From NCBI RefSeq assembly GCF_036321535.1, contig NC_087472.1:102984001-103048000 (forward strand): a stretch of 64,000 nt of DNA, written 5' to 3'. The translations under genes were made by a program, and so were the position numbers. Below, piece by piece: positions 12,303-25,024 of the stretch (its first letter is position 1; every line of letters starts with the position of its first letter). Under the pieces are notes generated by a model. The model saw only the letters and a program-made list of their open reading frames with translations, ran no database searches and was not told the origin of the DNA. Source of the DNA: Camelus dromedarius. Taxonomy: Eukaryota.

Positions 12303-12416
12303 TTCTTTCTTTTTTTTTTAAATTGAAGTATAGTCAATTACAATGTGTCAATTTCTGGTATACAGCAGAATGTCCAAGTCATGCATATACATACATTTAT
12401 TTGTTTTCATATTTTT
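12303..12416 (-). mobile_element. Short young L1 3' end inserted in an older MaLR-like LTR (~12150-12560)
   Basis: T-rich tail followed by the reverse complement of the L1 terminal motif (attgaagtatagtcaattacaatgtgtcaatttctggt). Imperfect flanking repeat gctttattttct / gttttattctct. Confidence 0.8.
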
Positions 12417-14019
12417 TGGTTTTATTCTCTGACAGTTCTTCCCAAGTGGTGAAAAAGACAACCACCAATAGCTCTGAGATCAAATCCTATCTGCTTAGCC
12501 CTACCATCAGAAAGAAATATGCATTTCCAATAGCCCAGCCAAAGTCCCAAGGAAGGTAATGGAGATCAGCAGGCAAGGGTTGCCTGTGATCTCCATGCCC
12601 TGGACAACAGCCCATCCTTCTGGATTTCCTCACTGGGTTCCAGCAGAGCAGCTGAGCTGTGTTTCAGAGGGAATAACACTGCTGCAAGAAGGACAGCAAG
12701 TTCAAAGACATCAGCTCTGATTTCCTGTGGGACACGCTTTATCCCACCAGCCTGCTTTTAGGAAAGTACAAGAAGAGTCTGCCACTTGGGCAATTGGCAG
12801 TTTCCAATTCAGGAGTCTAGGAATGAACTCAGTTCACATACTGGTGAGACATGGGGGACATTTGAGACACAAAACTTGCAAACAACCGTAACCTTCTGAA
12901 AACAAAGCCCTCTCCTTTGTTCTCTAACCCAGAGGAGTGGGTGACCATGAAGATTTCCAAGTAAAAATGGTCATGTGCAGGCTCTAGGGGCTTGTGAAAG
13001 GGATTCACACAAGATTATGTGGAGTGAGGTTTGGTGATGGTGGCAGCTATTTATTTAATTTAAATCACTTTAAAGATTATATGAAATAGACTCTAGCAGC
13101 TTTCATACTTTCAGTTCTGAAGTTCTAAGTCTAGTTTTTATGATTTTCATTTAAACGCAGGATGATGGTGATTTTAAAATAATTATACCTGAAGTTTTAT
13201 TAAAATAATGCAGCTTTAAGTAGAGAGCATTACTTTCAAGACCTCAATTTGAAAGGAAATGCAGACTTTCTAGATTTTAATGTATCATAAGCCACCAATT
13301 TCATAAAATAGCATCCACTTTTCAAAGCTTATATCACCCCATGGAAGCGGCCCTTTGGAAAGGGATGAGGTATTTGATTCTCTAATGTCTCCATTTAGAC
13401 AATTAGAGGCTGGTTTTCACACAGCATTCCCTTAAAAATATAAAAGCACTTTCTGCTCTGGTTGTAGTATGGTTGGAAAATGTTAAAGGCATTAATTTCA
13501 TTGAACTACAGAAAAATTTCAGATTAGAAGATAGGAAGATTTTTTTTTTAAATGAAACATTTTCCTCATGCTTAATGCAGCCTCAATCGCATTGAAACAG
13601 CTAAAACTTTGACATAAGAGATGACCTCTGTCTTTAGGGAAAGCTACATATAAAATGAAGACAATTATTGTAGGGATGGAAGGTAGTTTTCACTTCAAAA
13701 GAGGTACACATATTCTTATCAAGTTATATATAGAGAGATAGTCATGCCAGAGTGACCATTAACTCCTCAATATTTCTACACAGTAAAAGTGGGCAAACCT
13801 TTAAATTTTACCAGTTTTCATAACTTTCAAGAACTTCAGGCTTAATAAATCTAGAGAAGGTGGGAATTAAGGAAAAGTCAAAATGCTAATTTAAATTAAA
13901 AATGTCATTATGGAAGACAGAGAAAATGAAAACAGTGATAAAATTCTAAATTCTTTCAGTTCCTAAAAATGTTGCTTCTATCTTTTCTAAACACTAGTTT
14001 GATACCTATACCTCAGGAT

Positions 14020-14537
14020 GTGATCTCCAACATGATACCCTGGTAATCCCCATCTCCTGGTTCATACCCTTGAACAGTCTGCTCCCACACTGACTAGGGC
14101 TGACCTATATATATAATCAATAAGATATTACAGAAGTGATGGAATATGACATTGAAAGTCTGGGTCATAAAGACATTGCAGCTTCTGTCTCACTCTCTCT
14201 TGGATCACTCACTCTAGGGTAATCCAGTTTCCATGGCATCATGACACTCAAGCAGCAACTGGAGAGGCCCATGTGGCAAGGAACTGAGGCCTCCTGCCAA
14301 TAGCCATGTGGGTGAGCCATCTTGGAAGTGAATCTTCCAGCCACAGTCAAGCCATCTGATGACAGCAGTCACAGCTGACATCTTGACTGAAACCTTATGA
14401 GAGGCCCTGAGTCAGAACTACACAGCTAAGATGTTCTCAAATTCTCAATCCACAGTAACTATGAGATAATAAATGTTTGTTGCTTTAAGCCACTAGGTTT
14501 TGGAGCAGTTTATTACACATAATAGAAAACTAAGACA
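14020..14537 (+). mobile_element. MaLR solo LTR (MLT1E/F-like)
   Basis: ggagaggcccatgtggcaaggaactgaggcctcctgccaatagccatg...gagccatcttggaagtg...aataaatgtttgttgctttaagccacta...aactaagaca. Confidence 0.85.
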
Positions 14538-15099
14538 GAGAATTTGAGTATAATTTAGGTCTATAAATATCATAGAAATCTTTTGTTGAAATCAATGGAT
14601 GAATTGTTAACTTGATGGATGATGGTCTTTCTGTTCAATCATCTTTGATGGTTGTCACATAGGGCTCCAACTTGTGATAGTTCTTTTAACAATAATCACA
14701 AACTCAAAAAATTTTAAGATTTTTTGATAATCCTTCACAGAATACTCAAATTATTTTATTCCTACATATAACATGTTGGAAGGACATTTTGAGACAGTGG
14801 GCTAATCATTCCTAATTCTAGAAGATAAAACTGAAAAGATTTATTTTCTGTTTGTGCAAGAAATGCCATTTTCTGAAAATTGTTTGGAAGAGACTTAGGA
14901 TATTTGGTGGCAGCAGCAGCAGCATTGCCATTAAAGATCTAGTATTTGGAACTGCCAAAAATTTTTCATTTTCTCTGATTATCATGAATTCAATCAGAAG
15001 AGACCCAGTAAAACAGTTAAATTCAAGCATAGACTTTCAGACCCCTAATATAATCATGGCTCTATAGCAAATAAAAAGGATAAATACAAAACACAGTCT

Positions 15100-15432
15100 C
15101 AGTGAATGGGTGAAGCACAAGGGATTTTTAAGGAAGTGAAATTATTCTATATGATACTGTAATAGTGGATATCCGTCATTATACATTTGTTAAAATCCAT
15201 AGACTGTACAACACCAAGAGTGATATCTAATATAAACTATGGACTTTGGGTGACAATTATGTGTCAATGTTGGTTCACTGACTGTAACAAATGTACCACT
15301 CTGGTGAAGGATGCTGATGGTGGGAGAGGCTGTGGGAAGGGAGAGAGGGGGTAAATGAGAACTCTCTGTACTTTATGCTCAGTTTTGCTGGGAATCTACA
15401 ACTGCTATAAACATGAAGTCTATTAATAAAAG
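15100..15432 (+). mobile_element. L1MC-like 3'UTR fragment
   Basis: cattatacatttgt...catagactgtacaacaccaagagtg...aaactatggactttgggtga...aacaaatgtaccactctggtg, the typical L1MC 3' end. Confidence 0.8.
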
Positions 15433-16424
15433 GAGAAAAACAGTTTCTGTCACCCAGGAACTTTCATTATTTGTTGAACAAATAGTCACTTGGTTGTTCT
15501 TTTTCTATCCTTTTACATTCACATTTAAAACATTACACATTTCTGTGTCTTTATGCTTTACACGTGTCTCTTATAAACAGCACATAGTTAGAACTTTGGG
15601 TTTTATCTAATCTAAGAAGTTCTGTCTTCAATAAGGAACGCTGAACCATGTATATTTATTGCTACTACAGACATATGTGGATTTCTTTTCATTATTTTGA
15701 GTGTTCGAGCTACCTAGATTTTTCTTTGCTTCTTTTTTCCTCTTTTTCTATTTTCCATTTATTTGGAAGATGTTTATATTTTATATCAATTATTTTAGTA
15801 GAAAGATTTAATATACCTACTTGATTTTAATATTTTGAGTATAATCACATGTTTGGACTCCTGCTGACAATTCAAAGTACTTAGAACCCTTTAACTACAT
15901 AAGTATATCCCCAATGCTCCATGATAGGTCATATAATATTTAATTCCACTTTATTTTTAATCCTACCCCCCAATTGTCACTATTGCTCTTGTAATTGTGG
16001 GGTTATTTTTAGACAGTCATTGGTTATTTAAAATTACCAACATGTTTGCCAAGTTTTTGCTCAACATGACTCCTTAGATACTGATCCTTAGATACTGATC
16101 CTTTAATTTGTAGATAGTTCCTACAAATTAAAAACATTTAAGGGTAGCAATATAAGCATGTAATTTAAAGCTACAATACAAAAAAAAATTAAAAATTAAG
16201 AAGTTGAAAATGTTGCCTCCAAAGAAGTTAAAGGAGTGAAGTGGAGGTTGGGGAGAGGGGCTAGGAACTTATATTTAGTCATAATAAGTCTTAGGAAATA
16301 TTTGACTCTTTAAAATACAAACAGGAATAACTGATAAAAAGTAAAAACTAAAATTTAAAGAAAGTTGGCTGAATGGAAATGAAAGTATTGATATGAGTTG
16401 TGCAGATTTAAAAATCAAGTAAGA

Positions 16425-16755
16425 GGAATGAATAGGTGGAGCACAGAGGATTTTTAGGGCAGTAAAAACTACTCCATATACTATAATGTAGATACAAGTC
16501 ATTATACATTTGTCCAAATCCATAGAATGTACCACGCCAGGAGTGGACCCTAATGTAAACTATGGATAATGATGTGTCAATGCAGGCTCATCAACTGTAA
16601 CGAATCTACCGCTCTGGTGGGGGCGTTGATAATGAGGGAGGCTGTGCATGTTGGTGGGACGGGGAGCAGTGGCTACATGGGAAATCTCTATATCTTTTGC
16701 TCAGTTTTGCTGTGAACCTAAGACTGCTCTAAAAAATAAAGTATATTTTTAAAAA
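16425..16755 (+). mobile_element. L1MC-like 3'UTR fragment
   Basis: Same motif series as 15100-15432 (gaataggtggagcacagaggatttttagggcagt...ttttgctgtgaacctaagactgctctaaaaaataaa). Confidence 0.8.
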
Positions 16756-17319
16756 TATCAAATAAGAATTAGCATATTATCCTAATTGTGATTTGAAAGT
16801 ATAATAGCAAGGTAAAATGACATCCTCTAGGTATTTGCAATTCTAAATTTTTGCTAACTATGAATCTTTTGCCATGTTGAAGTTTGTAAATCATTTGCCA
16901 TGTTGAAGTTTGTAAAAAGAAACCCCTGACCTACATTTGTTTCTATATCCCATGCTGTAATTTATAAAGTTTGCAAAATATAGAAGTACCAGCGGGAAAA
17001 CTTGTGTTAATAAAATGTCTTGGTATTTTTAACCTCTGTAACTTGAAAAATGTTATTTTTTAACACTTTCTCCCTTTAGAAAAATAACATTTTTCAATAA
17101 CTGGTATAGCAGTAAATAATTAATTTTACTGGTAACCCAACAAGTTTGGAGATACTTGTCCGCCATTAAACTGTTCTGTTTACCTGCCTGGTAAAGAAGA
17201 AAACTTTCTGTCCAAAGTGACAGAAGTGGCTCATGGAGAAACAAGAAGGTGGTGAACTCTGATACAGCATCTGTTACTGTGTTTCTAGTCACTCAATAGA
17301 GATTTACTAATGGAAAACT

Positions 17320-17583
17320 AGCTCAGTTATAAGATGAATCGGTTCTGGAGGTCTAATATACACCATGGTGGCTATAGTTAACAACACTATTGTATACTTG
17401 AAATTTGCTAAGAAAGTAGATCTTAAATATTCTCACACACAAAATGGTAACCATGTCACGTGATGGATGTGTTAACTAACCCCATTTCACAACATATACA
17501 TGTATCAAATCATCATGTTGTACACCTTAAACTTATACAGTGTTATTTGTCAATTATATCCCAAAAAAGCTGGAAAAAATAAA
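17320..17583 (+). mobile_element. L1MA-like 3'UTR fragment
   Basis: cagttataagatgaat...tatagttaacaac...tatacttgaaatttgctaaga.agtagatcttaaa...tgtacaccttaaacttatacag. Confidence 0.75.
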
Positions 17584-17659
17584 ATACAAGTTTGACCAAA
17601 ATAAAGAAGAAAGAGAATTCTATTTCCTTTGGAAAAAAGGAAGTGAAAGAATTCAAACC

Positions 17660-17950
17660 AGCACTGTCCAAAGGAATATAACACAAGCCATATGTTTAAT
17701 TTTAATTATTCTGGTAGCCACATTAAAAAGTAAAAAGAAACAGGTGAGTATTTTATTTAATTCAATATATCCTAAACATTATCATTTCAATATGTAATCA
17801 ATATAAAGAATATTAATGAGAGATTTTACATTCTTTTTTGTACCAATTCTTCAAAATCTGGTGTATACTTTACACTTATAGCATATCTCAGTTTGTACTA
17901 GCCACATTTCAAGTGCTCAGTGCTAGCATCTGCTATATTTGATAGCATAG
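17660..17950. mobile_element. hAT-Charlie MITE (MER3/MER33-like)
   Basis: cactgtccaa..gaatataa...tggtagccacattaaaaagtaaaaagaaacaggtga...tagccacatttcaagtgctca. Confidence 0.75.
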
Positions 17951-18128
17951 GTACAAACTACCACCTTTTATGTCCAAGCATGACTCAACTGCAGAAAGAG
18001 AAGTGACTATGAAAAATGTCAGAAAAGCAGGAAAGACTGATCAGAGGTGTCTAAGTTAGCATTTCAGACAAGAGGGCTTCCCTTTCTCTCTACATCCAAA
18101 AGCCCCCTTGATCAGGATTGATCTAGAG

Positions 18129-18445
18129 CAGGGTCAGCCATTTTCTGTAAAGGGCCAGTTAGTAACTATTTTAGGCTTTGCAGGCCACAGAGTCTCTGTT
18201 GCAACTACTCCACTCTGCTATGAAAGCCTGAAAGCAGACATAAACAACTTGTTAAACAAATGGGCATGATAGTATTCCAACAAAATTTTACTTGTGGGCA
18301 CTGAAATGTGGATTTCATATAATTTTCACGTCATGACATTTTTTCTAAACATTTAAAAATGTAAAAAACATTCTTAGCTCATGAGCCCTACCAAAACAGG
18401 TGATGGGCCAGATTTGGCCCACTGGCTATAATTTGTCAACCCCTG
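18129..18445. mobile_element. hAT-Charlie MITE (MER58B-like)
   Basis: Termini cagggtcagc...gtcaacccctg; internal ttttctgtaaagggccag. 8-bp TSD atctagag (18121-18128) / atctagaa (18446-18453). Confidence 0.85.
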
Positions 18446-19296
18446 ATCTAGAAGGACAGGGATTAAAAAAGGGAGTGCTAAGAGGCTGTTTCAATTATAG
18501 ACATTTGTTGAAGAGTGAAAACTAGAACTTTGGAAGTTAGAGACAGAGAATGTGAAAAGAACACAGGACTTAGCATCCAGCCATCTCAGCTTTGACTCTA
18601 GTTCTGACATGTTTAGTTCCCTGTACCCTAGTCACATTGATCTTCTCTGGTCCTCAGCTTCTTCCTGCCAGCTAGATGATTAATTACCATGGTAACCTCA
18701 ATGAGTCCAACAATAGCTCACATACTTGCATGGCAGTAAATCAAAATTGGTAATATTTTGAACAGAGTCCTGGCCAATTTACCATTTAAAATACAAAAGG
18801 AACGGCTCTGTTGAGAAATAAATAAGATTGCAGAGACTTATAAATAGCTATAACACTGTCATACTAATTTGGAAACAACTGTTACTATAAATAAGTCAAT
18901 TACCATGCATTACAATAAAAAGAAATTATATGTGACAGCCCTAGAGCCTAATTCTAATTATTATTTACATTTTAAAGAAATAACAGATGCGTATCTTGAA
19001 ATATTCAAATTTTCAGACTCTCCACTATAAGTAGCTCAAATACATGCAGTTGTCCACTATTTCACATGATTTCTTATTTTATAAATCTTCCATTCAACAA
19101 ATCTCAAGAGGGCAAACTCAGCCAAACATTTAACCTAATGTAAAATAACTGCTTAGACATAAAACTTGAGTTTTCCTTAATGAATTAGATTTCAGAATTA
19201 AAGTGTAAATGGAAAGACAATTTGTTGATCTTATTTTCCTATTAACATTTGGATGATGGCTTTTCCATCATGACCTACCCAAAGAATTTCAACAAA

Positions 19297-19297
19297 A

Positions 19298-19388
<91 letters not shown>
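19297..19388 (+). repeat. (AAAG)n tetranucleotide microsatellite, ~23 units
   Basis: Perfect aaag repeat read directly from the sequence. Confidence 0.98.
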
Positions 19389-19439
19389 GAAAATTAGTTA
19401 CAAGTCACAAGTTGAAGGAGATAGTATGCACTGGCCTCC

Positions 19440-19908
19440 CCCAAATTATTCTCACCTCCATCCTTTTTCCCTTGATTTTCTCTATTATAAAGACTGAAAG
19501 CTGAAGTTGATTTAACTTCCAATGTTGTTAGAGTTGGCTGTATGGTATGGTTTTAGCCATGAAATAAAGGCAGAAATTCCTGAGCAGAGTTACTTTACCT
19601 GTATAAAAATAGGAGAAGCCCTTTGTTCTTCTCTCTTCTCGCTGCCTGGAACACAGAAGTAATGACTGGAGGCACAGCAGCCATCTTGCAACTGTCCTGA
19701 AAAAGCCACTCACTAAGAGTGGCAAAATAGGAAGCTGGAAAGAGCCTGGATCCCTAGACATCATCCTTGAGCCCTGGATAACAATCTGGACTGTCTTCCT
19801 TGGTATTTCTTGTTTTGTGAGAATATTGAAATTCTTTCTTACTTACATAGCCACTATTTGCTTTTTTGGTTTTTGTTTTTGCAGCTAATTGTACCTGTAA
19901 CTGATAAA
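19440..19908 (+). mobile_element. Old MaLR LTR (MLT1J-like)
   Basis: ctgcctggaa...gactggaggcacagcagccatcttg...ggaaagagcctggatccct. Confidence 0.65.
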
Positions 19909-19949
19909 CAAGTAAAACAAGGCAGGATTACTTGCCATCTATTATACAC

Positions 19950-20137
19950 CAGTAGTTCTCAAACTAGAGCATAGATCAGAATCACCTGGAAGACTTATTA
20001 AAATTCAGACTGCTAGGCACTAGCCCCACAGTTTCTGATTCAGTAGGTCTTGGATGGCTTACAGGAAATTGCATTTCTAACAAGTGCTCAGGTAATGCAG
20101 CTCCAGCTGTGTCAGGGGCCACATTTTAAGACCACTG
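19950..20137. mobile_element. MER5A-like hAT-Charlie MITE
   Basis: cagtagttctcaaact...tcagaatcacctgga...tttctgattcagtaggtct...gcatttctaacaag...ttttaagaccactg. Confidence 0.85.
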
Positions 20138-21890
20138 GATTACACAACAGCATTTCATAACATAACACAACACATAACATAGCATAGCATAGCATGCCAT
20201 AGCACACCGTAGAGCACAGGACTGCATAATAAAAATAAATTTCTGTCTATTCTCCTGACCAAATACTCCTTAGTAATCTAACTCCAAGTGTAAAATAAGG
20301 CACAGAAAAATCAGCAGGTATTACAGTTCTGCTTCTGCCTTAAGCTAGAAGACAGGGAAAGAGCTGTCTAGCACTTGCCAGGCTAGACTATTTGCCATGT
20401 CACTTCCTGGCACATAATTATGCTGCTTGCTGACAACTATTCTACCTTCTGTCTTTCCGTAAATTGTAAATGACAGTTGGGAAGCTGTTGGCTGAAAATT
20501 CTGAAAAAGAAACCTTTACAAGAAGAGGCAAGGATAAAATCAGAGTCAAATTAGAGTGGTTGCTGATAAGCTAGACCTGAGAAGCATCGTCAAGTTAGCA
20601 CACTGTGAAAGAAGTGACATTTCCTGTCCCTTCCCTTCTCCACCTCCACTCCTACCACCTATAGTCTCAAAGCATGTGATCCACTCAACAATTCAAATTT
20701 CATTGGAATGAGTTAGACTAGTGCTTGGAAGCCTTTTGCTGCCTGCTAGAATAAGACCCCATTGAGTTTTATACTTAGGGTGCAGAGAAAAGTTTCTCCC
20801 ATGCCCATACATTGCCCTACACTCACAGCCTGCTCTCCTCCTCATAAGGACTTGCTTCAAAAGCCCTCAGAAAGGAGTTATCCTTTGAAAAAAGCAATTC
20901 AGCCATCTTCAACATTTAATATGTGGTCTGCTTGGCTCCCCTCCCAGAAACTGGTAAAATAATCCTCCTGCCCTAGTAGCTACATGTTTTAAGCCATGCT
21001 TTGTTAACCAGCTAGGGGAGATGGATGAGTGCAATTTACGCATCACTCATCCACTCCCCATTGTGTCCAGGATCTCAGTGAGTGGGACCAAATAACTAGT
21101 GTGAGTTAAATAACCACACTACCACAGAATTAGGGGACCAAAGCAAAGCTCATTAGTCCTCCTAGAAATAACACTTAAGACCTTGACCTTCTTTTACCAT
21201 TGTTTCGCCTGCTAAGCTAACAACTCATAGGTTCCAGGAATATACTTCTATGATCATCTACATTACTTCAAACACTTGCAGACCTTAGTGCCAGGGATTT
21301 CTGGTTTTAAACCCTCTCCAGTACCTATTTTAGCCTTCCAACAAGTTTTGATTCTTTGCCATTTCCCGTGAGAAGCCTGAGAATAAGAAACAGAGTATAG
21401 AGCCATCTCTCACTGTTCCTTCTTCTTGATCTAACTTAGCTTTTCAAATGCAGCCAAAGCCCCTAAGTTTCCTTTAAACCAACCCTAGGCACAGACGTTT
21501 GAGGGTATACTTTGTACAAGGTATTGTGCTGAGAGCACAAATTATAAGAAGTCAAGCATTAAACAGGAGGCACAAAGCATCAGTGTAGAGTGGCTATAGA
21601 GGAGGAAGTCATCTTCAAATGCTAGGCAAGGGCCTCATAGTGGACATGAACTTATAGGAAGGATAGAACATAACTACAGGCAGAAACTTCTGAAAGATGG
21701 GTTTCCACGGAAGGGGAAAATCAGGAGCCAAGGAAGCAGTGAGGTATGTTGGAGAGAACATCAGTTTGGGGGTCAGACAGATCTGGGTTTGAAGCCCTTG
21801 CCTAGATGTCTGAGTTGAATGAGTTACTTCGATGCTCTGATGCCTCAATTTCCTTAAGTGTGAAGTAAGAATAATAATATTTCTCTTGAA

Positions 21891-22752
21891 AAATGCAAAT
21901 CAAAATTACAATGAGGCATCACCTCACACCAGTCAGAATAGCCATCACTGGAAAGTCCACAAATGATAAATGCTGGAGAGGGTATGGAGAAAAGGGAACC
22001 CTCCTACACTGTTGGTGGGAATGTAAATTGGTGCAGCCGCTATGGAGAATGGTATGGAGGTTCCTTAAAAAACTAAAAAATAGAGTTACCATATTACCAA
22101 GATAGAAATACCAACAATCCCACTCCTGGGCATATAGTCTGAGGAAACTCTAATTCAACAAGATACATGCATCCCAATGTTCATAGCAGCATTATTTACA
22201 ATAGCCAAGACATGGAAGCAACCTAAATGTCCATCAACAGATGAATGTATAAAGAAGTTGTGGTATATATATAATGAAATACTATTCAGCCACAAAAAAG
22301 AATGAAAAGATGCCATTTGCAGCAACATGGATGGACCTAGAGATGATCATACTAAGTGAAGTAAGCCAAAAAGAGAAAGACAAATGCCATATGATATCAC
22401 TTATATTTGGAATCTAAAAAAAATGACACAAATGAACTTATTTACAAAACAGAAACAAATTCACAGACATAGAAAACAAACTTATAGTTACCAGGGAGGA
22501 AGTAGGGGGAGGGATAAATCTGGATTTGGAGATTTTCAGATACAAACTATTATATATAAAATAAATAAACAACAAGGTTCTACTGTATAGCACAGGGAAC
22601 TATATTCAATATCTTATAGTAACCTATAATGAAAAAGAATACGAAAAAGAACACATATGTGTGTGTATAACTGAATCACTATGCTGTATACCAGAGACTA
22701 ACACAACAGTGTAAATTGACTATATGTCAATAAAAAAAATTTTTAATAAAAA
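21891..22752 (+). mobile_element. 5'-truncated L1 (ORF2 C-terminus and 3'UTR) inserted into a MIR
   Basis: Peptide [48 protein letters not shown]. 18-bp TSD aataatatttctcttgaa at 21873-21890 and 22753-22770. MIR-like sequence lies upstream at ~21760-21890. Confidence 0.93.
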
Positions 22753-23000
22753 AATAATATTTCTCTTGAAGCATTGTCCTAAAAGTACTAAAGTTTTTTA
22801 AAAGGATGTAAAATTTCAACATAGAGCTCAGTCAGTAGAGATACTGTATTAAAAGCCCAGGTGTAGGCCTAATCATAAGGTATAACAAGAACAACTAGTA
22901 GGACCAGTTTGGTTGGGGTAAAAGCTTTCCAGAAAGGACTTAGGGAGACATTAAAAGGAAAAAACTGAATCAGTAAATTAAATTCAAATTTCAGTAGGCC

Positions 23001-23099
23001 CTATCAGTTTATTACAAATTGTACAACTAATATATAATCCTAGTATTTGAAACAGAGAAAGTAAAATGAAATCTACTTTCTAAAAAAAAAAAAAAAAAA
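23001..23099 (+). other. Orphan poly(A)-tailed retro-insert (~80 bp unique + A18)
   Basis: A18 at 23082-23099, variant poly(A) signal AGTAAA at 23060-23065, flanking repeat ttcagtaggcc (22990-23000) / ttcagcaggcc (23100-23110). Confidence 0.7.
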
Positions 23100-23352
23100 T
23101 TCAGCAGGCCTTGAATTTCCAGGCTAAAAAGTTTGAACTTGATTCTGAAAGTTCAATATGAAATCTATATGAAATCTATCAAAAAAATTTTAAGAGGGAA
23201 GTGACATGTTCAAACCAGTTTATCCAGGTAATTAATACTCTTCTTGTACTGACTGTAACTGAGGAGATTAGATGTTATTCTCAGGTGGATTAATTTCCCA
23301 TTCATGCCATAACTAGTGCTCTATTCCAGCTGAGTATCTGGGTCATCATAGC

Positions 23353-23700
23353 TGTACTAGTCAGGATAAGCTAAGTAACAAATTAACTGCCCATCTCAGT
23401 GACCTGACTCAACAAAGATACATTTTTTCCCTCAAATTTCATATTCAGCACCAATTCATGGGGCTCTGCTCCATACAGTAACTCAGGAATCCAAGCTGAA
23501 AGAGGTGCCACCATCTTGCCACACCATGATCTCAAGACAAGATTTTTAGGGTCACTGCAACAGGAGAAGAAAGAGTTGACAGGTGACACAGAGACCCTTA
23601 CGGCCAGGCCTGGATGTGTTGCCCACATTCTATTGGTCATAACTCAATCTCAACTTAACTGCAAAGGTGGCTGGGAAATGTAGGGGAACACATGCAATAT
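23353..23700 (-). mobile_element. Old MaLR LTR (MLT1-like)
   Basis: tgtactagtcaggataagctaag...actcaggaatccaagctga...cccacattctattggtca...aactgcaaaggtggctgggaaatgtagg. Confidence 0.7.
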
Positions 23701-24334
23701 TAAGCAAATATCTCTCTCCCACCAGGGACCCATCCCTTGCTTTTATATTCTTTCTTTTATGCTCTTCTTTTATGCAGCTACAGGCCCACCACACTGAAGG
23801 CTCTTCAGAGGCTGTAGCATGTGAGGTCTTCCTCTAAGTTCTCTTTAAGTCACTGAGTCTGGCTCCATTCCACAGTGTAGTTCAACGAAGACAGAATATT
23901 TCCCTTGTCCACTGAGCTACTGAGGGTACAAATTAGGCAGATCCAGAAAACTTGGGGATAAACGAACCTATTTCAGATGTGTTAGCTCTTCAGAGCTTGA
24001 GAAAGATGTACAAGAGCTGAGTAAACTGGAAAACCAATGATGTAGTTTTAAAACAAATTCACCGTAAGGATCCCAATGTCTTTAACGAGGTGATAAAGTA
24101 CAGATGTTGTGTGTCAAGAACATAAAGAAATTATAAATGCACAAGGGAACAACACACCAAAGGTGAGTGACTATACATGAATCATTCCAACTAATTCATA
24201 AATAAAAACATATGTCAACACATTAGTCCCCACAGAACAAATGAATATGTCATGTGTTTAAAAAAATTCTAGAGGAAAGTTTGAGAACTGATGAAAGTTG
24301 GATCTTTAATACTACTACTAAGAATGACTTTCTT

Positions 24335-24600
24335 TATAAGAGTGTTTACTAAGTGCTACAAATCTTCCAGTTATTGTGCATGAAATAATTCATTTAATCT
24401 TCACAATAATCTATATGTTGATGTTATCACCATTTTACAGATGAGGGAAGTGAGATTCAACTGTTTTTTATTTTATTTTATTTTTTAACACCTTTATTGT
24501 AGCATGATTCCTGAGATTCAACTGTTTAATAGCTCATCTAAGGCTTCCTAACTAGTAAGTACAAGCTAAGATTCAAACGCAAGCAGTCTTTCTAGAGAAA
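24335..24600 (-). mobile_element. MIR SINE, interrupted by a 45-bp retro-insert at 24467-24511
   Basis: MIR core catttaatcttcacaataa...cattttacagatgagggaagtgag. Confidence 0.75.
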
Positions 24601-25024
24601 TTGAACTTCATCATTGTGTTTGGCCTCCTATATATTGTACCATATCTGGGATTCTTCAGACTTACTGATACCTTCTGAGGGGGCCCCTCAAAACCTCAAG
24701 GTGCATCCTAGGCCCCAGTATGTTGAGAAGTTCCCTCCAGTGTCATCATGCTCCCCAGCATCTGGCCCAGAAACCAATCTTCAGATACCACCTTTCACAA
24801 AGCTCCTTATATGGCTATTTGGCCCCTGAGTCAGACTTTGGGAGAGATTGGAAGAGGTCTGTCTGAGAAGAACCAGATTACCCTGCAAACCTTAGGCAAC
24901 CATCAATAGAAATAAAAATGTCATAGGCACTGTGAATCAAGAGACTTGGGTTCTAGTCCTGATTCTATACTTTTCTCATTGTGTAAAACAAAGAAGCAAA
25001 TATTTATTAAGCATTGTTCTGGCG

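Noticed and set aside
15100..16755. Two similar ~330-bp segments suggesting a local duplication
   Set aside because: Both are diverged 3'UTR fragments of a common L1MC-like family, and a third lies at 61333-61740. Independent insertions explain them.
17184..17270. Possible minus-strand exon ending CAG|gtaaac
   Set aside because: There is no polypyrimidine acceptor, no recognisable protein and no partner exons.
19249..19497. KKER-repeat ORF
   Set aside because: It is a translation of the (AAAG)n microsatellite.
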